A stretch of DNA of 46,207 nucleotides from the NCBI GenBank assembly GCA_038150265.1, contig JAYOTF010000026.1, forward strand, positions 1-46,207, written 5' to 3'. Within the stretch, counting starts at the first letter, position 1, and each line of letters begins with the position of its first letter. The DNA is from Deltaproteobacteria bacterium. GTDB taxonomy: Bacteria; SAR324; NAC60-12. The notes under the pieces were generated by a model that saw only the letters and a program-made list of their open reading frames with translations, had not been told where the DNA came from and did no database searches. Positions 9,749 to 18,838 of the stretch are shown here, piece after piece. A program made the position numbers and the translations under genes.

Positions 9749-10771
9749 TCAGGAGTTGGTCAGGGTCGCGCGACGCACTCGCGGATCCAGCAAGGCCAGC
9801 GCCAGGTCGGCAAACAGGTTCCCGACGACCAGCAGCACCGAAACCATCATGAAGATGGCTGCGACCACGTACATGTCCCGATCTCCAACCGAGCTCAGGA
9901 TCAGCGGCCCCAGGGTCGGAATGCCCAACACAATGGCAATCTCGATCTCTCCCTTGATCATGTAGTCAAAGCGGGTCCCCAGGTTCATGATGACGGGGTG
10001 CAGGGCGTTGGGCACCGCATGCTTGAACAGCACCTTCCCGCGGGAGAGCCCCTTTGCCCGGGCCGTCTCGATGTACTGCATGTTCATCACATCCAGCAGG
10101 TTCCCGCGCATCATCCGGGTGGTGTAGGCCTGCCCCGCCCAAATGGAGACGGCCAGCACCGGCCAAACGTGCTTCAGGAAATCCCAGAACTTGTCCAGCG
10201 TCCAGCCCTCCTGAAGGATGTACTGGGGCGAATTGATGGCCCCGATGTAGGGGGAGTGCCAGACAATGGCCAGGAAGTAGAGGATGACCAGAGAAATGAC
10301 GAATTTTGGAATGACGATGCCCATGAAGGCAATGAGGGTGGCGAGGTTGTCGCCAAGTTTGTACTGATTGGTCGCCGCGTAGATTCCCAGCAGCACGCCG
10401 GTGAGCTGACCAAACACCAGGGTGATCACCGCGAGCAGCAACGTCCGCGGCAATCGGGTTCCAATCACATCGGTGACCGGGCGATTCTGTTCAAACGACA
10501 TCCCGAAATCACCCGACAGCACAATGTTCTTCAACCACTCGAGGTACTGAATCGCCACCGGCTGATCCAGTCCCAACCGCTCCCGCATCAACTGCGCCTG
10601 AGGCAGCAGCTCCTCATAAGACTTCCCGGTTTGCGCCGAGGTGTTGGCAATCCACGTGTCGACAAAATCTCCGGGCACCGCCTGAATGATGGCAAAGGAT
10701 ACCATGGAGATCCCGATCAGCAACGGGATGGCCACCACAATTCTCTTGATGAAGTAGATCAGAAAACTCAC
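9749..10771 (-). CDS. Peptide-family ABC permease (OppB/AgpB-like)
   Basis: PGD, LGLDQP, GDFGMSF, YIETARAKGL, LLDPRVR. Confidence 0.94.
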   Translation of the reverse strand: MSFLIYFIKRIVVAIPLLIGISMVSFAIIQAVPGDFVDTWIANTSAQTGKSYEELLPQAQLMRERLGLDQPVAIQYLEWLKNIVLSGDFGMSFEQNRPVTDVIGTRLPRTLLLAVITLVFGQLTGVLLGIYAATNQYKLGDNLATLIAFMGIVIPKFVISLVILYFLAIVWHSPYIGAINSPQYILQEGWTLDKFWDFLKHVWPVLAVSIWAGQAYTTRMMRGNLLDVMNMQYIETARAKGLSRGKVLFKHAVPNALHPVIMNLGTRFDYMIKGEIEIAIVLGIPTLGPLILSSVGDRDMYVVAAIFMMVSVLLVVGNLFADLALALLDPRVRRATLTNS

Positions 10772-10819
10772 CTGCTTGTCCTCACTGGGCCAGAGGGTTC
10801 AATACGGAAGCGGGACGGT

Positions 10820-10850
10820 GGACGCCTGGCCCTGAGCAGGCCAGACGCCC
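10820..10850 (-). terminator. Stem-loop between the substrate-binding protein and permease genes
   Basis: Minus-strand RNA GGGCGUCUGGCC-ugcucag-GGCCAGGCGUCC forms a 12-bp stem with two G-U pairs, so full pairing exists only in the mRNA sense. Confidence 0.6.
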
Positions 10851-10857
10851 ATGAGGG

Positions 10858-12861
10858 TCAATACTCCGCGACCGTGCCGGGGAGCAGCTCAGCGATCTGC
10901 TGATCCTTGGGCACCCAGAGGCGCTCACGAACCACACCATCTTCCGCCCACTCGTACATGAACACCGGGGTTCCCGGGTGCGCATTGCGGACACGCTTGT
11001 TGACGAGCAGCGCGGCCGGGACCTGCACCAGGCCGATGTTGTAGAGGTTGTCGGTCAGCAACAGCTGCATCCGACGGGCAACCTCTGCCTTCTTGGCGGC
11101 ATCGTCTGTGGAGTTGAACTGCTGCACCAGGTCCGCCAGCTCCCCTTCAAAGGGCAGCAGGTTGCGACCATCGGTCCCCGTCAGGTGGAACGCTGGGCAG
11201 ATGTCGGAGATGGGCAGGTTCCCGCAGGCTTCCCGAGTCGGCAGGACAAAGTTCGCCCGTTGCAAAATCGCGGTGAAGTCTCCGGAGTTCCGCATCGGAT
11301 CAAAGCTGGTCTCGTCAACCGACTTCGGCAGCACGCGAATGCCCACCTCAGCCAGCTGCGACGTCACCGCATCGATCTGCTTGCGGTCATCATTGCGCTG
11401 CGCCTTGTAGGTCATGTCGATGACCAGATCCTCGCCGGTGCCCGGGAGGTTGAGGATGCCATTGCCGTCGGTGTCCTTGAGGCCCAGTCCGGCCAGCAGC
11501 TTCTTGGCTCCAGCCTGATCAAAGGGGGTGAACACGGAGCTTCCTGCATCATAGTACGGCGAGCCCGTGGGGTAGCCTCCCATGTACGCATAGGCAAACG
11601 GTCCTCGGGCCAGGGCCTGCCCAATCGCGTTGCGGTCGAGCGCATGGCTGACGGCTTTGCGGAAGTTCAGATCCCGGAACAGCTCACGCAGCTCCTTGTC
11701 GTAGGCACTCTTGGCCATGTTGGCGGAGTAGTTCAGCTCAATGCGCCAGGCCAGCGTCCGGGGGCCAAACTTGGCGGAAACCGGAGCCTGTGGATCCTGA
11801 CTCTGCTTGAGGGCCTCCACGAAGTTTCCGGGGTTTTCCATGTTGGAGAAGTCCCCGGTTCCGGCCACAGCCTGCGTGGTTCGGTCGTCCCAGGTGGTCA
11901 GCTTGAAGTGCATCTCGTTGATGTACGGCAGCTGGTTGCCCTGCTCGTCGACCTTCCAGTAATACGGGTTGCGCCGCATGATGATGATCTCATCCGGCTT
12001 GTGCTCCACCGGCACCCAGGCGCCCAGCACCGGAATCGGCAACTGGTCTCCCGGCATGCTGTTGAGGTAGCTGTCGTAAGTGGCACTCGAGTTGTACTTC
12101 GGGTGCATGCCCTTCAGCACATGGCTGGGTCCGGGGCAGCCCTGAATGTAAGCGAGCCCCTCCACCACGGTGTTGGACTGCTTGCTCGGAAACTTGAACT
12201 TGAAGGTGTAGTCATCCAGCACCTCCAGCTTCGCGCCTCCTCCGAAGGAGCCCGCCTGAATGCGGGAGGCAACGTTCTCGTCTTCAACGTTGTCGTTCCA
12301 CCAGAACGCGATGTCCTCGGTGTCAAACGCGTCTCCGTCCGACCACTTGGCGCCTTCCACCAGGTGCATGGTCAGCTCCGTCATGCCGGCATTCCACTCC
12401 CAGCTCTTTGCCAGGTTCGGCAGCGGACCCGTCTGGTCGTCAGCCTTGATCTGCCAGCGGGGGCCCTGACGCACCAGGCACTCCTGGACCGCCATGTTGA
12501 TGCCGCCCCAGCCCTGATGCTGCCCAGCCAACCAGTTGAAGCCCTCCGGGCGTCCCCCAATGACGTGCCGGAAGACCCCGCCATACTGTCCAATGCCATC
12601 AGACATCGCGTCTGTCTTGAAGATCAGGGGCTCTTTGGGCAAACGGTCCTTCACCGGAGGCAACTTGCCTGCGGAAACCAGCTTGTCAAGGAAGGGAGCC
12701 TGATGGTACTCCGGCAAGGTGCCATACGAGTACAGGTCGTTCCGACCAATCAGGTCATACTTCAACCCGGAAAGACTCCGCTCCGGAGGCATCGGGTCTG
12801 CCTGAGCCGGTGCAACAACGGCCAGCAAAGCCGCAGTGAACAGGGGCGCCAGTTTTTTCAT
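10858..12861 (-). CDS. Family 5 ABC substrate-binding protein, alpha-galactoside-binding AgpA-like
   Basis: Signal peptide, GKLPPVKDRLPKEP, GQYGG, PNLAKSWEW, AKWSDG, RNPYYWKVD..GNQLPYI. First gene of the melA operon; resembles rhizobial AgpA from recall. Confidence 0.88.
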   Translation of the reverse strand: MKKLAPLFTAALLAVVAPAQADPMPPERSLSGLKYDLIGRNDLYSYGTLPEYHQAPFLDKLVSAGKLPPVKDRLPKEPLIFKTDAMSDGIGQYGGVFRHVIGGRPEGFNWLAGQHQGWGGINMAVQECLVRQGPRWQIKADDQTGPLPNLAKSWEWNAGMTELTMHLVEGAKWSDGDAFDTEDIAFWWNDNVEDENVASRIQAGSFGGGAKLEVLDDYTFKFKFPSKQSNTVVEGLAYIQGCPGPSHVLKGMHPKYNSSATYDSYLNSMPGDQLPIPVLGAWVPVEHKPDEIIIMRRNPYYWKVDEQGNQLPYINEMHFKLTTWDDRTTQAVAGTGDFSNMENPGNFVEALKQSQDPQAPVSAKFGPRTLAWRIELNYSANMAKSAYDKELRELFRDLNFRKAVSHALDRNAIGQALARGPFAYAYMGGYPTGSPYYDAGSSVFTPFDQAGAKKLLAGLGLKDTDGNGILNLPGTGEDLVIDMTYKAQRNDDRKQIDAVTSQLAEVGIRVLPKSVDETSFDPMRNSGDFTAILQRANFVLPTREACGNLPISDICPAFHLTGTDGRNLLPFEGELADLVQQFNSTDDAAKKAEVARRMQLLLTDNLYNIGLVQVPAALLVNKRVRNAHPGTPVFMYEWAEDGVVRERLWVPKDQQIAELLPGTVAEY

Positions 12862-12952
12862 TGTTCCTCTCGAAAGAGATGGTTGGAAAAATCCCTACAG
12901 GGGCCTGCTGAGGGGCGATGGTCCCAATGGCAATCCTTCACCATTGGTAAAA

Positions 12953-13088
12953 TCGTAACGATGACAAAGCTGCTGAAACTCAGCTATCTGTAACTTTAAT
13001 GGCAATAAGTGGCCCGGATTTACCGAAAAATCGTAACGTTACGAATTTAGCTTTGAAAGGTTGTACCGATTCCACAGGGGGCTGTCAA
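12953..13088 (-). promoter_or_regulatory. Sigma70-type promoter with LacI-type operators upstream of the Agp/melA operon
   Basis: Minus-strand TTGACA (13088-13083), 17 bp spacer, TACAAC (13065-13060). Perfect palindrome TCGTAACGTTACGA at 13031-13044, with related sites TTGTACCGATTCCA (13061-13074) and TCGTAACGATGACA (12953-12966). Confidence 0.72.
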
Positions 13089-13121
13089 ACCTTTTTCTCA
13101 AAAAGTGGGAAGAGGAGGAAT

Positions 13122-14213
13122 TCAGGGAAGGAGGCGGTGCCGGGTCAGGAAGGCCTCAAAGAACGCAGCCCAGGCGGGTTCCGGAACGGCTTCCATCTCC
13201 AGCACCTCGACCCCCTCCTGAAGCGCCGGAAAGGCAGCAAGCTTCACGGCGTCCTTTTCGGTGACCACCCAGCGAGCGGCTCCGGACTTCCGGAAGCGGC
13301 GTTGTAACGTTTCGACCGTTGAGGCGTCATACGCCTGGTGGTCCCGGAGGCTCGCCAGTTCCACCACCGTTGCGCCCAGTTGCTCCAGAGCCTTCCGGAA
13401 CCCCTCGGGCTGCGCAATGCCACAGGAGGCAAAGACCCTCTCTCCGGCCAGGGGGCGTTCCCCCTCCAGCGGCACCCGCTCCGTGCCATCCAGCCGCACC
13501 AACGCGGTGGGGAGGTACTGAAACCGGAAGATCGGGCAGGTCGGCTTCAGTTCCTGACGAAGCCGGAGCAGCAGCGCGTCAACGAAGCCCAGGTTCGCCT
13601 TGGTGATCAGGATGGCATCGGCACGCTTCCACTGCGCCTCAGGCTCCCGAAGCGGACCTGCAGGCAGCAGGTGCCGGTTGCCCAGGCCCCGCTCCGCGTC
13701 AATGAGGAGCAGGTTCAGGTCGCGTTCCATCGCAAGGTGCTGGTAGGCATCATCGAGCACCAGGCACTCCGGAGCATCCCACACGTGGGCCAACCGTCCG
13801 GCCAGTGACCGCGAGGCGCAGGCATACACCGCCACATCCGGATGCCGCTGGGCCAGCAGGTAGGGCTCATCGCCCACCGCTTCCGGAGGCAGGCGGCTCG
13901 ACTCTGCTGCCCGGTAGCGCTGCAGGGTCGACCGTCCCCCGCGTCCGTATCCACGACTGAGGACCGTCACCGAACGAGGCGCCAGGGAGCGGAGCAGAAA
14001 CTCCACCACCGGCGTCTTTCCGGAACCGCCCACCGTCAGGTTTCCCACTGAAATCACTGGAACCGGAGCCCGCTCCGTTCGCAGCAGCCGAAGCCGGTAG
14101 AGGGCGAGACGCAAGAGGACGAGGCTTTCGTAGCCAGCAGCCACCAGCAGGCGTCCCCAGGTCGCAGGACGCAGCAGGGGCCACTCCCGGGGGGAGTCAG
14201 CAAGGAAGGGCAT
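13122..14213 (-). CDS. lpxK: Tetraacyldisaccharide 4'-kinase
   Basis: VISVGNLTVGGSGKTP, LSRGYG, GDEP, LDDAYQH, LLPAGPLREP, VTEKDAVK. Confidence 0.96.
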   Translation of the reverse strand: MPFLADSPREWPLLRPATWGRLLVAAGYESLVLLRLALYRLRLLRTERAPVPVISVGNLTVGGSGKTPVVEFLLRSLAPRSVTVLSRGYGRGGRSTLQRYRAAESSRLPPEAVGDEPYLLAQRHPDVAVYACASRSLAGRLAHVWDAPECLVLDDAYQHLAMERDLNLLLIDAERGLGNRHLLPAGPLREPEAQWKRADAILITKANLGFVDALLLRLRQELKPTCPIFRFQYLPTALVRLDGTERVPLEGERPLAGERVFASCGIAQPEGFRKALEQLGATVVELASLRDHQAYDASTVETLQRRFRKSGAARWVVTEKDAVKLAAFPALQEGVEVLEMEAVPEPAWAAFFEAFLTRHRLLP

Positions 14214-14215
14214 GT

Positions 14216-14617
14216 TCAGGACAGCAAACGGTAACGGATTTCATGTTCGGCAGGAAGCCCTTCGGTTTCAGGCTCCAGGAAGCCTTCGGCCACAAGTTGC
14301 TCCAGGATGGCGTCGACCTGCTCGGCTTCCAGTCCAAGCTTGAGGAAGAGGTCGGTTCGGGTCAACTGCCCTCCCAGCGAGCGTCCCAGCAGCAGGGCTT
14401 CCCGGAGCGGCGGGCGAGCGTAGGCCCGGAGCTGCTGCAGCCCGAACGCCAGCACGCCACCGCCGACCACCAGCGAGGAAAGCCCCACCAGCGGAAACGG
14501 AACCGGCGCACCACTGTCGAGCAAAATGAGCCCCCCCAGCAGGCTAAAGCCCCAGCCGTAAAGGCGCTCACGTCGCTTGCGACGGGTAAACTCCGCTGCA
14601 TCAAACTCATTGGCCAC
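14216..14617 (-). CDS. Hypothetical membrane protein (two TM helices plus a helix-turn-helix-like C-terminus)
   Basis: Fits tightly between the secretin and lpxK. Two hydrophobic stretches followed by LTRTDLFLKLGLEAEQVDAILEQLVAEGFL. Confidence 0.72.
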   Translation of the reverse strand: MANEFDAAEFTRRKRRERLYGWGFSLLGGLILLDSGAPVPFPLVGLSSLVVGGGVLAFGLQQLRAYARPPLREALLLGRSLGGQLTRTDLFLKLGLEAEQVDAILEQLVAEGFLEPETEGLPAEHEIRYRLLS

Positions 14618-14635
14618 GTCTCAACCCCTCAGAAG

Positions 14636-16654
14636 TCACGGCTGCTGGATCGGCTGCTGGGCGCCCGGAAAGTTCGGGATCGCCAGCGGCTCCGGATCAG
14701 ACAGCACCCGTGGAGTGACAATCACCACCACATGATCAAAGCGTTGCTCCTGCCCCTGAGATTGAAACAGAACCCCCAGCAGGGGCAAGTCGCGAAGCAG
14801 CGGCACACCAGCCACGCTGCGTTGAGAGCTGCTCTTGATCAAACCACTCAGCAAAAACGGACGTCCGCTCGGAACCGTCACCTCACTTTCGGCCCGTTGG
14901 GTGTTGATGACCGGAATGCCATCAATGACCTGCGTGTTGCTGGGCGTACTCGTCTCCGCCCGAACCGTCAGGGCCACCAGAGGCACGTCTTCCGGACCGG
15001 CGCTCACCACCCGGGGCGTGACTCGGAGCGTGACCCCGGTCTGCAGCTCCTGAAGGCTCCGGTTTTCATAGAGCTTGACGTTGATGCGCGAGCCGCTGTT
15101 GACCTCGGCCTCCACGTTGTTGGTGGTCACAATCACGGGTCGAGACAGCACACGGCCTCGGCCTTCTTCCTCCAGCACCCGCAGCAGCGCGTCCACCCGC
15201 GACCCAACCAGCCCCTGCCCCTCCAGGGTGGCACCCAGGGCAAACAGCTCTCCGGAAGAAGCACCTGCCTGCAGAGACGCAAACTCCACACCGAGCCGTT
15301 GTGAGTCCTGCTTGGTCGTCTCAAAGATGTGGGCCTCAATCTGAATCTGCGCGTGTGGCTGGTCCCACGCCTGCAGCAGCGCGTCCACCTCCTGGAGCGT
15401 CTCCGGAGCGCCCTGCACAATCAGCGCATTGCCCACCGGATCGGCCAGCACCTCGGGCTCGGGCGCCACCGGGTTCTGCTGAAACCGATGCTGAAGGAAC
15501 TGCTCCAGCAGCGACTGTGCGCCCGGAACCGAGAGCGCCTCACCGCTGCTCTGGACCTGGTGATCGTGCACCTGCAGAAACTTCAGCTCAAAGCGCCGGA
15601 CCTGCAGGCGGTCCTCGGGAGGAGCATCAAGCACCCGCTCGTTTTCCAGGCGCATCAGGCTTGCAGAGGCGGCTTCCACCTCATCCGGAGGACCGGTCAG
15701 GGTCACACTCCAGCCGCCTTGTGGGAGCGGCTGCGGCTGCCACTCCAGCTGAGCCTCCGGTTGCTGGGTCCAGCTTTCCAGGTGCTGCCGAAAAACCGCC
15801 TCCGGAAGCGCCTCCAGCACCAGGGTCTGGGCCTGCGGCCGAGCGATGCCGGTTCCGGACACCAGCGGGGTCGAGTTCGACACCGCCTCCTCAGCTTCAA
15901 TCACAGCCTGCACCGTCTCCAGTTCCGGAGCGGGCCCCTGCAGCAGCAGCAGCTCCGGACGCAGAAACGACACCTGGAGCGCGTTCACCGCCGCCTGCAA
16001 CTCTGGAGCCTGCAGCAGGGCCTGCACCTGTGCCCCCACCTCCGGAGAGCCGAGGGGCATCACCGCCGTGTGCCACTTGCTCCGAGGCGTCCAGATCAGG
16101 TGATGCGTCTGCGGGTGATAGGTCAGCTCGGCGCCATACTGCTCGGCCAGCACCTGAAAGGCATTCTCCACCGACGGAAAATCCAGGCTTGCCTCCACCA
16201 TCGCCCCCTCCGGAAGCCCCTGGATCGTCAGCGGAATCCATCCCTTCCGGGCCAGGTTCTGCAGAACCTCCCGAAGCGGTGTGGGCTGCTCCAGCACCTG
16301 CCGTACGGGCAAAACCTTCCACACCTGCCTGCGGGGAAGGAGGTGGTCCAGATCCTGTTGGTGAAGCAGCAGCAGGTCGTTGCGGGCCAGCAGCAACCGG
16401 AATGCGGCGGCTGGCGAGGTGCCCTTGATTTCGGTGAGAGCCGAGCGACGAGGGAGGTTGGGGTGCAGCACCACGTGGGTCGGGTGCACCGCGTACTGGT
16501 TCAGAAACCGCCGGAGCGCCTTCCTCAGCGGCTCCGTTTCCTTTTGCTGAAAGGTGACCGGTGCCTCAGAAGCCTGCCACTCCAGTGCCGGACGTCCCCA
16601 GCTCGGTGGGGTCAGGCTTCCCAGGAACACCAGCAGCAGACACAGACAACGCAT
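14636..16654 (-). CDS. Outer-membrane secretin, SctC (YscC/HrcC)-like
   Basis: Signal peptide, N3 segment ADPVGNALIVQG, QIQIEAHIFE, VLSRPVIVTTNNVEA, TGVTLRVTPRV, VPLLRDLPLLGVLF, VVIVTPRV. Confidence 0.88.
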   Translation of the reverse strand: MRCLCLLLVFLGSLTPPSWGRPALEWQASEAPVTFQQKETEPLRKALRRFLNQYAVHPTHVVLHPNLPRRSALTEIKGTSPAAAFRLLLARNDLLLLHQQDLDHLLPRRQVWKVLPVRQVLEQPTPLREVLQNLARKGWIPLTIQGLPEGAMVEASLDFPSVENAFQVLAEQYGAELTYHPQTHHLIWTPRSKWHTAVMPLGSPEVGAQVQALLQAPELQAAVNALQVSFLRPELLLLQGPAPELETVQAVIEAEEAVSNSTPLVSGTGIARPQAQTLVLEALPEAVFRQHLESWTQQPEAQLEWQPQPLPQGGWSVTLTGPPDEVEAASASLMRLENERVLDAPPEDRLQVRRFELKFLQVHDHQVQSSGEALSVPGAQSLLEQFLQHRFQQNPVAPEPEVLADPVGNALIVQGAPETLQEVDALLQAWDQPHAQIQIEAHIFETTKQDSQRLGVEFASLQAGASSGELFALGATLEGQGLVGSRVDALLRVLEEEGRGRVLSRPVIVTTNNVEAEVNSGSRINVKLYENRSLQELQTGVTLRVTPRVVSAGPEDVPLVALTVRAETSTPSNTQVIDGIPVINTQRAESEVTVPSGRPFLLSGLIKSSSQRSVAGVPLLRDLPLLGVLFQSQGQEQRFDHVVVIVTPRVLSDPEPLAIPNFPGAQQPIQQP

Positions 16655-16696
16655 CAGGCCAGTTCCTTTCTGAGCGCTTGCGCACGCAGGCCGCGG

Positions 16697-17647
16697 TTAC
16701 GCGTCCTCCCGCTGCATCCAGACTTCAATCCCCTGGGCATTGAGGTCATAGTCAAAGGCAAGCAACTCGTCGAGTTGTTCATCAGGCAACCCCCCTCCAT
16801 GCTTGCGGTACTCCTCGTGGAGCACCCCACGCAGCTTCTCCCGGAGCAGCGCCTCTCGCTCGGCTCCGGCATCCCAGACCGCCTCCGCCGCCTCCAGGTA
16901 CTGGTCGAGGCGCCAGTGGAGGTCGGCCGCAAGCTGATCGAGATCCGTGACACGCCCGAAGTGAGTCAGGTACGCCGAAGTCGGTGTGTAGAGCATCAGG
17001 CGCTCAAGCGTCGCATGCAGCTTCGCCGGCTCAAACTGAACCGGAGTCGTTGAGGGAAAGATGAAGGGGCCGTTCGGGGTATCGAGTTCCCGGTAGGAGA
17101 TCCCGAAGTTGTCTCCGGGAAACAGGCTGTGGCTTCGCTGATCCAGGAGGGTGTAATGGTGCCGGGCGTGTCCGGGTGTGTCCAGAAACAGCAGCGGGCG
17201 TCCATGGAAGTCGAGGAAGAATTCATCCTCGGCAATCACAACCCGGTCTTCCGGAACCGGGACGATCTCTCCATACAGCTCGGCAAAGCGCTGCTCGCCA
17301 TAAACGGCTTTTGTCCCGGCGATCAGTTTTTCCGGATCCATCAGGTGCCGGGCGCCTCGAGGATGCACCACGAGGACCGCTTCCGGAAGCTCGTGAAGCA
17401 GGGCGCCTGCTCCGCCAGCATGGTCGAGGTGGACGTGGGTCACCATCACATGAGTCACCTTCTCCCGGGCAATCTGCTTCTCCTCGAGCACCTTCAGCAG
17501 CCACGGGACGCTCAGGCTGGTCCCCACGTCCACAAAGGCGGCATGCCCCTGCTCCACAATCAGGTGGCTGGCATCAAAGCCGGGACGGAGGTAGCCGGTG
17601 TCAATGGTGGTGACGCCATCGGGGTGATCAATCCACAGGTGCTGCAT
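16697..17647 (-). CDS. MBL-fold metallo-hydrolase
   Basis: THVHLDHAGG (HxHxDH), TPGHARHH, FPGD, THFG. Start taken at MQHLWIDH. Confidence 0.93.
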   Translation of the reverse strand: MQHLWIDHPDGVTTIDTGYLRPGFDASHLIVEQGHAAFVDVGTSLSVPWLLKVLEEKQIAREKVTHVMVTHVHLDHAGGAGALLHELPEAVLVVHPRGARHLMDPEKLIAGTKAVYGEQRFAELYGEIVPVPEDRVVIAEDEFFLDFHGRPLLFLDTPGHARHHYTLLDQRSHSLFPGDNFGISYRELDTPNGPFIFPSTTPVQFEPAKLHATLERLMLYTPTSAYLTHFGRVTDLDQLAADLHWRLDQYLEAAEAVWDAGAEREALLREKLRGVLHEEYRKHGGGLPDEQLDELLAFDYDLNAQGIEVWMQREDA

Positions 17648-17734
17648 CGTCAGCCTCTTCAGCAAGCAGGTTGGGGCAAATCTCCCCGAGGGAAGAAGAA
17701 GGGGGCGGGTAGGGGCGAAGGTAAGGGGACTGCT

Positions 17735-18454
17735 TCAGACAGGCAAGCTATTTTCAGACGTCAGCCAGCGACGGAGCGCCGCATTGACGGCTTCAGGCTG
17801 CTCCAGAGTCGAGAGGTGCCCGCAGTGTTCCACAACAACCAACTCGGCCTCTGGAAGGTGAGCAACCATCTCTTCATGCAACGCCAGCGGGGTGAGGCGG
17901 TCTTCCCGTCCACACAACACAAGCGTCGGAACCGTGATGGCCGGAAGCGTCGGCAGGCTGCTGGGCCGGGACATCAGCGCCTCAATCTGACGCCGGAAGC
18001 CTTCAGGCCCCACGTTCAGAGCCATGTCGAGGATGAGGTCGGTGAGGTCCGTCTGAGAGAGGCGATCCGGATGCAGCAGGCGGGGCAGGAGGACTTCAGT
18101 GGTCACCTCCGCAAAGCGACCCTGGTCGGCCATTTCCAGCTGCTGGTGCCGGTCGGCTTTGCGCTCCGGAGTGTCGGCATGGGGGTTGGCATCAAGCAGT
18201 GCCAGGTGGCTGATGCGGTCGGGCGCCTGCCGCCAGACCTCAAAGGCCAGCGCGCCTCCCATGGAGAGGCCAGCCAGCGCAAAGCGATCGGGCGCGGTTT
18301 CCAGCACCTGCTGCGCCAGCTCCGGAAAGGAGTTGGCCTGCGTGAGGTCGGGCACCTGAAAGGTGGCCACGTCTGCCAATCCTTTCACCTGAGGCTGCCA
18401 CATGCGCTCATCCAGTAACAAACCGGAAAGCAGCACCACCGGGACTGAATTCAC
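17735..18454 (-). CDS. Alpha/beta fold hydrolase
   Basis: Nucleophile elbow GLSMGG, GREDRLTP, CGHLSTLE. Confidence 0.92.
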   Translation of the reverse strand: MNSVPVVLLSGLLLDERMWQPQVKGLADVATFQVPDLTQANSFPELAQQVLETAPDRFALAGLSMGGALAFEVWRQAPDRISHLALLDANPHADTPERKADRHQQLEMADQGRFAEVTTEVLLPRLLHPDRLSQTDLTDLILDMALNVGPEGFRRQIEALMSRPSSLPTLPAITVPTLVLCGREDRLTPLALHEEMVAHLPEAELVVVEHCGHLSTLEQPEAVNAALRRWLTSENSLPV

Positions 18455-18490
18455 ACGGACCTCATTTTTCCAAAAAACCCTGCTTTCATG

Positions 18491-18757
18491 TTACTTGAGC
18501 TGGCTGTCCTTGCTGCCGCTGCGGTTGTAAAGGGAGATCGTCTTCTGCGACTTTTCCAGAGCCGACTGGCACTGAACGCACAGACGAACCCCCGGAATGG
18601 CCTGGCGCCGCTTTTCCGGAATGGGGGCCTCACACTCTTCGCAACACTCCAGGCCTTCTCCTTCCGGAAGCCGGCTTCGGGCCAGCTCCACCGCTCCGGC
18701 AACCGTGGCGTCAATCTGTTCCTGAACCGCTCCTTCCTTTGCCCACCCTACGGCCAT
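18491..18757 (-). CDS. DksA/TraR-family C4 zinc-finger protein (YbiI-like)
   Basis: MAVGWA..GAVQEQIDATV N-terminus, CEEC...RR.AIPGVRLCVQCQ, and YNRSGSKDSQL C-terminus. Confidence 0.9.
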   Translation of the reverse strand: MAVGWAKEGAVQEQIDATVAGAVELARSRLPEGEGLECCEECEAPIPEKRRQAIPGVRLCVQCQSALEKSQKTISLYNRSGSKDSQLK

Positions 18758-18838
18758 GCTCCTCCTTGCTGAAATTCGTGTTCCCGGGCCGTCTTCAGTC
18801 TAGCAGATTTTGCGCCGAGACTCGCTGATGCGGATCGC

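Noticed and set aside
13301..13316. GTTGTAACGTTTCGAC inside lpxK resembling the LacI operator
   Set aside because: Only a partial match, inside coding sequence and over 200 bp from the promoter; may be chance.
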